The translations under genes and the position numbers were made by a program. 64,000 bases of DNA from Fimbriosthenelais zetlandica (lineage: Eukaryota): contig OZ365112.1 in the NCBI GenBank assembly GCA_977030845.1, forward strand, positions 15,004,001-15,068,000, given 5' to 3'. Shown piece by piece: positions 1 to 12,800 of the stretch (the stretch's first letter is position 1; each line of letters starts with the position of its first letter). The notes beneath the pieces were generated by a model. That model searched no databases, was not told the DNA's origin, and worked only from the letters and a program-made list of their open reading frames with translations.

Positions 1-169
1 AACAATAAATTGAGCTGATTCTACTCCTAGATCACTCCTGTCTTTGTAATGCTACTGTCATATCGTTTTAAAATAAAATATTCACGTTTTTCACGAGATA
101 GAGACGAAATAATAACCCTATCTACGGTTCAGATCGATCCCTGTAGCGCCCTCGCTCACTTAAGCCTTG

Positions 170-481
170 TTTATCGACGGAAGATTCGGGAACTACAGAT
201 TTTCAAGATGGCCGCCGTGTTTACCGGATGACCCCATGCCGCTCGTTTACTCCCTCTGTTTACAGGCCTACAGACAGCTTAGCTCTGTTGTTTTGGATGT
301 AATAAATTCCCCATGTAAATATACCTACTGATTTCAAATTTCGCCGGATTAGGAGCTTTCTTTGATATACAAATGTCGGCTGAAAATTTCAATCGACAGC
401 GTTAGTTCCCATTGTCGCCGTACGGCGGGGAACTGTAATATGACCTTGGGGTCAAGGACGGTCATAGACTTGACAGGCAAG

Positions 482-490
<9 letters not shown>
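170..490 (+). promoter_or_regulatory. CpG-rich promoter/5' region of ECHS1 with two YY1-like CAAGATGGC motifs
   Basis: CpG-dense relative to the rest of the window. CAAGATGGCCGCC at 204-216; CAAGATGGCTGCC overlaps the ECHS1 start codon (ATG 482). The TSS cannot be located from sequence. Confidence 0.55.
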
Positions 491-2356
<1,866 letters not shown>

Positions 2357-2513
2357 AGCACCTAATTACTGGCACTGATTTTCATTACTAATATCACATA
2401 TCACTTCAAAGGTGGATCTACCCATTGAAACCCGTGAACTGTCAGTAGAACTGACGGAGTATTACGTATGTTAAAATTTACAAAATCACTTAACACAATA
2501 TTGAGATTTTTTC

Positions 2514-2519
2514 TTTATT
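2514..2519 (-). terminator. Possible ZNF830 polyadenylation signal (AATAAA on - strand)
   Basis: TTTATT on + at 2514-2519 is the first canonical hexamer I found downstream of the ZNF830 stop; an ATTAAA variant lies at 2588-2593. Confidence 0.35.
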
Positions 2520-2541
2520 TAAAAAATGGAATCATGACGAA

Positions 2542-2547
2542 AATAAA
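2542..2547 (+). terminator. Probable ECHS1 polyadenylation signal AATAAA
   Basis: First AATAAA after the ECHS1 stop (186 nt downstream); an ATTAAA follows at 2621. Confidence 0.5.
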
Positions 2548-2966
2548 GATAGATCGCGAGAAATCTGCTTTATGAAATCTTCCTTTGTTTAATAACCAGC
2601 TTTAAAGAAATTCTAAACGTATTAAACCTGTTAAACTGTAAGAATGAAAATAACACAGTCTGAAAGAACGAATTTCCATTTGCTAAGAAAAAGCAAAGTT
2701 AAATTACTTTCCAGAATGTTAATTTTTATCTCATGGCTTGTTATGTACAGAAGCAAACTATCTGGGAAGCAACTAAACGCATATGAATTGCCAATAATAA
2801 CAGTCTTAACATCACTAAGCCCATGCAGCTTAAGTAACTGATCTTAACGTGATTAAATATTCAAAGTCCCTTTATCATATGTCCCTCTGATACATAAACC
2901 ATCCTTAACAGCCATCACATCACTATTAACCTCTCTCATTCGCTAACATTCAGAACATTCAGCCTC

Positions 2967-5158
2967 TCAGGACTTTTCCCCCTTCTTGCCGATGAGCTTG
3001 GTCCGCCAGTGTAGAAGCTGATCAAATTCTTCCTCGTCTATATCACTGTCAGAACCAGACCCGTCCTCTTTACGACCCACTTGTGAATCCTTTGACATCA
3101 GTTCCTCTTTTTTCTTGGCCAGGTTATCCACTTTTGACCATCGATGTCTACAATAAAGAGTACATTACAGGTAAAAGACTCATAAAGAATCATAATTTTT
3201 TTTAGATTACATCATTCAGAAGAAATAAAATTCAGATTTTGTTAACTCACATTTGTTCATCAATCTCATTGATATTTCTCTCGCTAATCAATGCCTCGTC
3301 ATCCTCCTCTTGAATAGCCTCCGAGATCTATAAAGATAAACATTCAGCCATATTTACTTTCCATCAAAATTAAACAAATTAATATTATGGGCGAATGGAA
3401 TGACTAAAGCCAAAAGTCATTGCAGTGATCATGGATAAATTCTTGACTATGGTACTTACAGTTGCTTCCTCCTTCATGGCTTTCTGGAAAAGTTCCCACT
3501 CGTCGTCAAGCTTGTCTCTATACTCCACTTTCCTCACCTATAAAAATAGTAATCCTACATTCAGCAATTTAAATCAAACAGGATACATTTGTAGCATCAA
3601 GGGCCTACTCGGAACATTTTCCATGGGATCCATATATCTAATTTATATATAATGACATGCGCAAGAGTGAAATGTCGAACCTTAGCGTCTTGTTTGGGGT
3701 CATCGAAGAATCCTTCTGGAAGTTTCTCGGCCATAGACACCTCAGGTTTTACTTCTTCTGTCGCTGGTTTGGAGGGTTTAGCAGAGATACCAGGGTCGAA
3801 GAAATCTGTAAATCCAAAACATAAATCAGCATGTTAGAGAAGTGAAAGTGCCCTCACGCTCAGTAGAATTGTAAAGTTTTCAAGTTAAGATCGTGTTAAT
3901 TTCCAGAAGTATTCTCATTCCATTAAAATTTTGGAAATTTAGAGATAAATTAAATTAAAAACATAATGATTCTTTAAACAAAATAACAGGAGGAATAACC
4001 TGCGGGCAGGCCAGGCGTGTCTGTCTTTGGTGCTGTGGTGGAAGCTTGATTGTTAGACGAGGTATTGTCGACCTCCATCTCCTCATCTGAAGATTCATAT
4101 CCACCCAAACCGAGACCTGTCCCTCCTTCTCCAACCTTTTCCTTATCAAAGAAATCTGCTGGAACACTGAAAGGCAACGTGAATGCAATATTCGGATCAG
4201 TAAGATCTTATTTGACAGTTCAAATCACATTTTACTATGAGTAGGATTAGGATTTCCTAGCCACTTACCCTTTCGTGCTTGACCCTGATCCATTTGATGC
4301 CACTGCAAACAGAAAAATCATTACTGGTATGAAAGTTCATATACCCTAAATTTATATACCCTAAGCATAATGTTTAATATTTGTTCCTTCTAGTTCTATA
4401 AGTCACATTCAATTGAGCAAGGGTAATTAAGATGTTTACATTTTGCATGTTTGGCTGAGTTATCTGCACTTCCCCCTGGATGTGCACGCTTGAGAGAACC
4501 TGGAGGTAAGGCCACAGACGGCGTGTTTTTTGCTTCATTTCTTAGTTTCAGGGCAGTGACATTCTGAAAAATGCATTTGAAATATTTATAGGTACCATAA
4601 GACAATTATGGAAATTGAAATACCAGAGCAGAGACTGAAGAACTTAAGAACCATGTTTACCGTCTGGAACTACCCATAGAATATTAGAAATCTAAGTACG
4701 GTAGCCTATATTTAATATATCTGTCAATGACAATGGGGAATAATTTTCTTTACCTCTTTATGTGTTCGTCCCTGGATATGTGCATTCCAAAGGAGTTCCG
4801 ATTTGATTTGGGAATTGCACACAACACACACCAGCTGTCCAATGGAGTTGTATGTGCCATAGGTTAAGGGGGAAATACTAAAGGAAGAAATTACTAATGA
4901 TCGAATTGGGGAGCAATGTTTTAGGCCTACCGCCTATCGAAAGCAATGCACCTCAGGTGAGCGATAATAGGGAAACATCACAAAGCTAGGCAATATCGTC
5001 TTATTTAGTAAGTCAAAATAACATTTAAAAGGATATTTTGCAAGCGGGGAGTCGATCTTCTTCTTGGCTGTCTGTTGCGTGACTTTCTTCTCTCGCATTA
5101 GACGACGGAGATCATCTTTGGAAACAGGTTTTTTGCTTCCCTTGCTACTGGCCGCCAT
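2967..5158 (-). CDS. ZNF830: Zinc finger protein 830 (CCDC16/OMCG1) orthologue, spliceosome-associated, 335 aa; complement(join(2967..3147,3251..3327,3460..3537,3681..3805,4000..4166,4269..4302,4440..4563,4754..4853,5037..5158))
   Basis: Nine exons join in frame (1008 nt, ending in TGA). DLRRLMREKK..IDSPLAKYNSIGQLVCVVCNSQIKSELLWNAHIQGRTHKE matches the remembered human N-terminus ([50 protein letters not shown]), including the C2H2 finger. Also present: LPEGFFDDP..DAKVRKV, DDEWELFQKAM, EIDEQI and a C-terminal WR.K. Intron 1 is AT-AC; the others are GT-AG. Confidence 0.95.
4854..5036 (-). other. ZNF830: U12-type (minor spliceosome) AT-AC intron, ZNF830 intron 1, 183 nt, phase 2
   Basis: On the - strand the 5' end is GCAAA|ATATCCTTTT. 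The branch site TTTCCCCCTTAAC lies about 10 nt before the 3' end, CTATGGCAC|ATAC. Removing the intron restores AA+A TAC = Lys-Tyr of the conserved SPLAKYN motif. Confidence 0.93.
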
Positions 5159-5687
5159 TTTGGATTTTGAAGTGCTCCGGTGGAGCCACCGCACGGGAAA
5201 ACCGTGCACTACGCAGCAACCGGAAGCGGTAGTTCCACTTCCGTCCGCTTGAGGTCGAGGCAGTGAAGCTTGAACATGTGGAGCTTGCGGTGTAAGGATT
5301 TCTGGCGGATTTATATATGTGTCAGGGTGTGCTGCGGTGGCCTACATGTGGCCGTGTTGTCATTTCGTTAAGGTGGTCATCCTTATTTGTAAACTTTCTT
5401 AACAAACTGTTTCTCAAGATACCAGAGCCCCGGAGACTGCGCCATGGATCTGTTGTTATTCTACATGACTTGAACACGTGGCTGATCAATCTGTGTGGAT
5501 TACTAAACACATTTATTACCTGTTTTCAAGTTTGGATCATCCGAAGCGAGAAGCCTCCCCCTAAAGGCTAAACAGTCCCACATACTCAGTGAGGGAGGCG
5601 GGCAAGTCCTCGTAAACGGTGGAACAATGTCTTGTTTTCCTTTTAAATCAGTGGTCTGACCGTGGGAAGAAGTTAAGCAGTGCCAAC
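5159..5687. promoter_or_regulatory. Bidirectional promoter shared by ZNF830 (-) and the MPRIP-like gene (+)
   Basis: The start codons are 529 bp apart, head-to-head. CpG-rich from about 5040 to 5350. Inverted ETS cores ACCGGAAGC (5219-5227) and CACTTCCGT (5236-5244). A YY1 consensus (CAAAATGGCGGC, - strand) overlaps the ZNF830 ATG. Confidence 0.65.
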
Positions 5688-5810
5688 ATGGATACCAACA
5701 CAGTGTCATGGTGTAAAAAATTCCAGGCGAATATCTTCAACAAGAGTAAATGCCAGAATTGTTTTAGGCCTAAAGAGCAGCATTCAGCTGAAGCTCTGGA
5801 ATCAAGCAAG
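5688..5810 (+). CDS. MPRIP: MPRIP-like coding exon 1 ([41 protein letters not shown])
   Basis: Near-identical to the remembered human [29 protein letters not shown]. Start context AACATGG; donor AAG|GTAAGT, phase 0. Confidence 0.95.
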
Positions 5811-6083
5811 GTAAGTTGACACGCCGGTAAAGTTTTCAATACACACCTCACGGAGCTCTATTAATAGTTATTAGGCCTAACGTTATTAATTCATTTTGAC
5901 ATAACAGTCATTGTATAGAGCTGTCATTATGGTACGGTATAATAGTATAATAGTTTTTGATGTAAGGTTATTTTGATTTGTGTATGCTAATTCGTCACAT
6001 TTTATTACAAAATTATTACAGCAGATAACTTTTGCAACATTTAATATTAGAGACTCTAATATATTAGATAACAATGTTGCAAG

Positions 6084-6136
6084 ATATTCTAGGCCCAAAT
6101 CTAACTCTAACAGCAGGGCACTTGGGCCTAGAATAT
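6084..6136. repeat. 15-bp perfect inverted repeat with 23-nt spacer
   Basis: ATATTCTAGGCCCAA (6084-6098) / TTGGGCCTAGAATAT (6122-6136). Confidence 0.8.
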
Positions 6137-6757
6137 TTCCCTGGGCCTGTGCCTGTGGTATCGGGGTGATCCACAGGCTCAACCCTATAATAGTATAAGA
6201 CTGTCACATGTAGGCTATTCAATGATAAATCTCTTTCTAAATCTGATCATTGATATCAGACACAACCCAGTTTAAGGTATGACTAAAATGAACTGAACAT
6301 AATATATTAGTCCTATTATGAATTGTAACTCTGCTGCTGTGATGGTCACAGTGATTGAGTCTATTTACCTTTTCATACAGGTACCAGTCATGTAACATAA
6401 CCTTGTTCAGTAAGGTCATGCTGTGTTACAAGTATTTATTATGTGATCACTGGGTGAAATCCAAATCTGGCTGTCTGTCCCATCTCCTGTGATTTGAACT
6501 TTGATATTCATAAGGCTAATTTAGTTACTGGTAAACTAATGAGATAAAAAAATAAAATCTTTTTAAACCAAGCTCCAATTACAATTTCCCATAATAATAG
6601 GACTAATGATAAGACTCCAGGGGTAGGCCTGTAACCTAAGTTTGTGTATTCAAGCACGTACAGTTCTTACTTCACGAATGAGATATTTATGAATTTATAA
6701 ATCCTTTTTAATATATTGAGACTGATTCCATTTATAAATGTTATCAAACTTTTTCAG

Positions 6758-6841
6758 GTACTGAGAAAGGTGTCAAAATGTGGATACCTGTTTGTGGCAC
6801 CTGACTCCTTCGACTTCAATAGTCCTCTGGACAGAACAAGG
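6758..6841 (+). CDS. MPRIP: MPRIP-like coding exon 2 (VLRKVSKCGYLFVAPDSFDFNSPLDRTR), start of PH domain
   Basis: TTTTTCAG acceptor, AGG|GTAAGT donor, phase 0-0. Resembles the remembered Outspread KCGYLFVAPD..DF.NPL.RT. Confidence 0.93.
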
Positions 6842-9800
6842 GTAAGTTTTTTTCAATTTAAAAACAAATTAGACATTTTCATGAAAAATATAAAGGTCTT
6901 ATGGATACAGCTTTGAAGTACCCGTATTCAAGACATGCAGCTTTAGAAATTGAACTTTAAGTAAAAACTTGCCGGTTATCCTCCCACAAGTGGATTTACG
7001 AGACTGACTTTCTATATTGACTCAATGATGTGGACATGGAAGCTTAAAATAACTTAGAAATATGAGCGTGGAGACTTTATATATACCCTGACTTTGAATG
7101 ATGTAAGAAAGTTAGTTTGGTTAGACGGAATGACTGCATTCCGGACATAGCGGTGGTTATATAGGGAAGGTGGACATAATGTGTCCACCCACCCCCCACC
7201 CCCGGTCCTTATCCTTTTCCCTATCCCTTTTCCTCTTCTGTAGTGTCCCATCCTTTTAAACTCCCTGTCCATCTCCAGTTGGGACCTATTGCCTATCAAA
7301 CATTATGAAGCATCACTATGAATTCCAATACTTTAACACATTTGCCTCTACATCAATTTCTTATAATGATTGATGATTAACTTCCCCACCACTTCCATCA
7401 CAAATTACCCTGACCTCACGCCCACTCACTCATTTCCCGCAACCAGCATATGGTCTGGAGACTCCATCCACCCAGGTACCTAAACAAAACCCAGTATTTT
7501 GTAGCTGTTGATAAATGACCCTTTTATGCCACTTATACACCTGCAGTTTACCTGTTGGTCCAACCTCCCTACCCACAGACCACCATCCCCACAAGCAGTC
7601 CCTCCAGTCACTCCCAGGTAATAGCCTGATAGTCAAGTGCTTCCATTAGGGATGATAATATCTATTCTTCTCAGGCCTGATCATGGTTCTTGACGATGTA
7701 CATGCAATACCGACAGACAAATGTGTATTCTGTAAAGCAACTAAACTTTATGAATCAATCCCAAATATCCATCGACCCATCTACTTATTTTGATATGCCT
7801 TTAAGACACTATAGATCTAAGGAATAATACATATTGTGAGCATTAATAAAGAACATAATACATAGGATATGACTTGTTCAGGGGGACCTCTGGCATTTTT
7901 TCATGTCAGGATGTGGAATCCTTATACACCTATGACCCTGGCTAAAAAATGACTTGGAATCTTGTTTAACAAGCACCCCATATGACTGGCATTGTCACCA
8001 GTTCCGCCTTAGATGATACGCACACTCACCTTGCTCTTTTTTATGCCATTGGAACAAACACCAGAATACCACTGTACTTTCCGCTCTGACTCCTCTATAA
8101 TAGTTCATATTATCCCCACTCCCATATTGTCTCTACAATCATTCATAGACTTGATGCTATCTCTGAGAGATTTCTCAGTAATTGTAAGACCTTCCCTCAC
8201 AGTTATAAAATCTGATGAAATAAATTATTTTCACCTACAATAGTCTCAAAGACAAACTGAGGTATTGGATTGTGATCAGCTTTGCCTGTACCTGAGAGAT
8301 CAGTCTGTGAAATATGTCTGGCATGTAAAGAATGGTATTTGTTATGATTCAAGTATTTGGAAGTGTTTAACTACTTAGGTTTAGGGTTGTTGATTCTGTT
8401 AGGGTCTTGTCAGATCAGAAATACTGAGGAAGGCTTGACTCACTTGCTTCCATGATATTAGTGAGAAAGTTAATTCCTGAGCCAGCAAGGCTTTGAATTT
8501 CATTTATGAGATTCAAATTAAAAATGTGCCAAGAGTTTTCAGATTAACCCCACATTGCTCTAAATTCACTTCTCGGGGTTTTAATATTTGCACACAAGCA
8601 TAAGTGCTTGCCATTTATAGATGCACCTTTAAAACCCTGTCCCCTAGACCCTCCATTGAAGTGAACACTTCACCTCACTTCCCTGCCAAGCTTTAAACCA
8701 GTTCTTGTGTCCCTGATCAAAGTTCTTTGATTCATTCACTAACTTCAAGTGGATCAGCTTGGCCCATGAGGGCATTTTCTCATTCAAATATATATGATGT
8801 AACATTCTGTCATATGGGCTTCCACTAATGGACTTAAATGTGAAAGTTCCACATGGTTGACCAGCCAGGTGTTCATGGTGAGGTATGTGGCGTGTTGTGG
8901 TCACGGCAGCGGTCAGTTCATCTATACACTTATCCCATGCTCTGTATCATGCGGGTGGGCAGTGATTGATTGATGTAATTTTAACAATTATTGATCCCCC
9001 ACCCCCGTCCCATTATGTTGCTACCCGGTAACCACAGATAGGGTGACCGCCATGGCTGGTTTCCAACCTGAAATATGGGGGTGGGTATTGTTCAGAGTCC
9101 TACCATTTATCCTAGAAATCTGGGCTTTAAAATCATTGTATTTTGGAGAGAAAAATTAAACTGGTTATCTGATATGTGAACATCAACAACTTGTTAAAAG
9201 GCAAACGGTATTGAGTTTACTTTGATTGTTCCTAAAGGCACGGAGGACAATAGAAGAGTTGTAATACTCTCCTCTCCCGTCAGTGGAAGGATGACATGTT
9301 CCCATTTTGTCCAATTCTGTTGGAGGGATCAATTTCCCAATAGCCTGAAGCCAATGGGTAACCAATTATGTCTTGCTCTGTCACTAGAATCTGCCGACGT
9401 CAGTCTGCCAAGATAACTTTTGCATGTGACGTTTGCTTCTGGCCATTTCTTTGCTCCTAATGCTCACAGTCCATTCACTTGTACTAGTGCAACTTTTGTA
9501 CCTGTTTGAGCCAAAAAATGGGACACAATTCCATCTTTATGGAAGTGTGTTTCGCTCCTGACCATTTCTTAGGCAAATCTTAGACAAAAGTACTAGATGA
9601 TTTGTCAGATATTCTACAGATATTCCATTTTGAAATCAAAAGAATGTCATGAAATATCTGGAGTTGTTGAGATATGGCCAACAACAGGACTTATTATCTC
9701 TCTTCTATTCTGGATCGCAGGTAGAAACAAATGTAATTCATAAAAAAAGGTTTTCTGGCATAAAAATACTTTGAATCATGAAAAGTATTTCTTAGATTTC

Positions 9801-12800
9801 CCTTTATCTTAAGACAAATCGAAGCAGTGAATGTTATGGCAGTGTCAATCTCAGATAATGATTATGCTATGACATTGTATCTGAATTCATCTTCCTTGTC
9901 TTTCTCTGGAAACCTGGCAACCATTCGTGGCACTTCTGACGGATCGACTTGGCAATGAGCTACTGACTTGTGTGACTGTGGAGGAAAAATGTGTGGCAAA
10001 ACAGTGGCATATCAACAAATGCCAAGAACAAAGTCAATGGTGAAGGCTGGAGGGGGAGGAACAAATATACAAACTTGTATCAGCTGGAGTAATCAATGCA
10101 GTGCATTGTATTTACATGGTTATACTGCTGATCCCATTCTAAGGGAAAAAGCGGACTCACTTATAGTAAATATTATGTACTAGGTCTGACAGGTCCCATT
10201 TATTATTTCAAAATGAATCTCGGAACTGACTATATGGGATATTGGGATACTGTTTGGAAAATGAACACTGCAGTTATTGAATTTCAAGACATTGAATTAG
10301 AATTTTCCCTAGTTGGGAAAGGGTCGGTAAATTGATTTGTTATTTGAGTCTCCAGGAAAGTCCATGATCATTCAGATTGGACCATTTCTAGGCTAAATAA
10401 TCTTATACCTTGCTCCTTGAGCTATGGTTATCTTTGCCCCTGCCAACCTTGTTTACAAATAAACAAACCCGTGTCACATACTGAGATAGGCTGGGAACTA
10501 TGATTAGGGGTAATGTGGTAATGTGTGGAGTATAAAGGAAACCACAAGTAAGATGGTTGTCATTCCTACTGAGTGAGGCACCAGTGAGGGCTTCCAGGCC
10601 TCTCCTAGACAACCCTGGGGCTGACCTCCTCCTTGACCCTCAATGTTGGACCTAGTCATCTTCTCCACCCGTTTCCTCCAAGGCCCTCCCTCAATATTAT
10701 AGAAAAACGTCCTCAAGTCTCAGTCCATAACTGAACCTAGAGAATAAAAATCAAGACTAAATATAGAAACATTTTATTACAATTGATCAAGCAGAAAAAT
10801 CCATTTGGGGACTAACTGCAGCCGTCTTAAGAAATGATTTTTTGGGGCAGAAAGCAAGTCTATTCCCCCGGTGCCACCCTCAGGGCACTGGGGAGACAGG
10901 GGGAGAAAAACAGCTTCACTGGTCCAATTTGAAGTGAAGGGTTGCCACTTTGTAGTTATACATGTATCTCATTCTGTGTGGAGACATTGTTAAATATAAA
11001 GTTAGGAAAGTTGATTGATCGATGAGTAATTGTAATGTAAAGAACACGAGACAGCAGTTGGAAACAGGAGATGTGGATTATGCCAACTGTAGCCTTTGAT
11101 CTTATACCATGGCCATCTGAATCTCTATCTCCTAATACAAAAGTTATTTCTTAGGAAATATATCAGAGAATGGTTTTTATTTGTTCGTCTCCTTTGTTTT
11201 AAAATGATAATAATCTGTAAATGCTTAATCCTTATAAAATGTCTTCAATCATTCTACCTGTTCATGTTTTCTGAATTTGTCACACAAGGCGGCCAAATAT
11301 TTGATATACGAGCTGTCTCCCTCGGGATTGCACCTCGATCATCCATTTAAAAAATATCAAATTGGATTGAAGTGTTCCTCTGGCTAGAGGTGAGAAAAAT
11401 ACACAAGGGAAGCAATTTCAAAGTTCAGGTAGAAATGGAGAAGTTTTTGGGTGCATTCACTGACAGGGCCTGTCATTAGGGATTATGTTACCCACTCTTC
11501 TTGTTTGGAGGTAATAATTCAGTGTGTTCCGGTTGATGGGGGTGCATTAACCACTACCTGACTGGGGTACAAAGTGGGGGTTTCTGGATACAAGGTACCA
11601 TATTAAGATCTGCAGAAAATTATATTGAGATATGAAACTAAAAACGTCTGCTGATATGATAAAGTGCTCCAGAATTTACCTGCACATATCATATGTGCGT
11701 TGTATATGAGTCATTGCCACTTACAGCCCTCTACCCATGGCTTAAATGGGATTGAAAATTGTAGATCAATACATTAAAATTCCTCCCAGTCGGAATATAA
11801 TCCTATCTTGTACTATTGTATACTAACTATATATTAGCTTTCACAGTTATCTTTTTTTTCTCCTTTTAAACGGCCTTTCTGTGCCGTTAAAAAGGGACTT
11901 TAGTAATTTGATAACTTTCAATTCCCAGTGTGGGGTTCCCTCATGGATTTTACGCCTCATGACTATTGATTGGATCGAGTTTCTACCTTGGCCTGCTTTC
12001 TGTGATTTTCATTATTTATGAACCTGGAAAAGTATGCAAATTAAGATAGGACTAAGGAGTATGGACGAACTTGTTAGATTAAAACGTACTGGTCATCAGA
12101 TATACTGTTGATTCATGCATTTTCTCTTATCTATCTCCACTTGCCCAATGCCCTTGGCCAGCTGAAGAAGTATTCTCATTGAATTCACTGGTAAAAAAGT
12201 CTTTGGATACCAGTCAATAGAAAGTGCCTCTAGATACCATTACTAATTTCCCCCGTTTTTGGCTAAAATTGTTCTCATGCATCATCATTATATGACCCCC
12301 ACATGAGGGCCTGGGCCTTCAGGGAGTGCTGGGTGTGCTCTCCCCGAGTCTTCACAAACCCAATAAAGTTTTCCCTCTCTTTGTATCCTCGGTAATATGA
12401 TATTGTTGCGGTCGATTTTCATTGCATAAGAATTGCATGAACTCGATCCCATCCGGGATTATTGTGTGTAATGTGAAGGGCTTTGTTTGGGTTTGTTATT
12501 TCTGCTGGCTTTAAGAGAGAACGGTCTAGGGCTTTATCTGAAGTTTAAATGCAGCTGAAGCTTTCTTGACCCATTTAACCCAATACTTTCTGCTATGACA
12601 CATCGTGGTTAATTTCATGGTGGGTATTCATTGTTTGGGCTAGTCAAACTTTAGGTAAAAATATAATGAGATTTCCTTGGAGGAAATGCCTAGAGTCAGA
12701 GGACCTTTTACACTAAGATCCTTTGTAATTGGACTTTGTTTTGTGGATAAGACTGTGGAAGAGTAGAAAACACAATTTCCAATGAAGTTGTGGCCTGTGT

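Noticed and set aside
362-481. N-terminal extension of ECHS1 suggested by the ORF track (362..652)
   Set aside because: It starts at TTG, not ATG. The ATG at 482 gives a normal-length presequence and protein.
5159-5209. Upstream extension of the ZNF830 ORF (MHGFPVRW...)
   Set aside because: The track start is a non-ATG codon. The ATG at 5158 has strong context and matches the homologue start.
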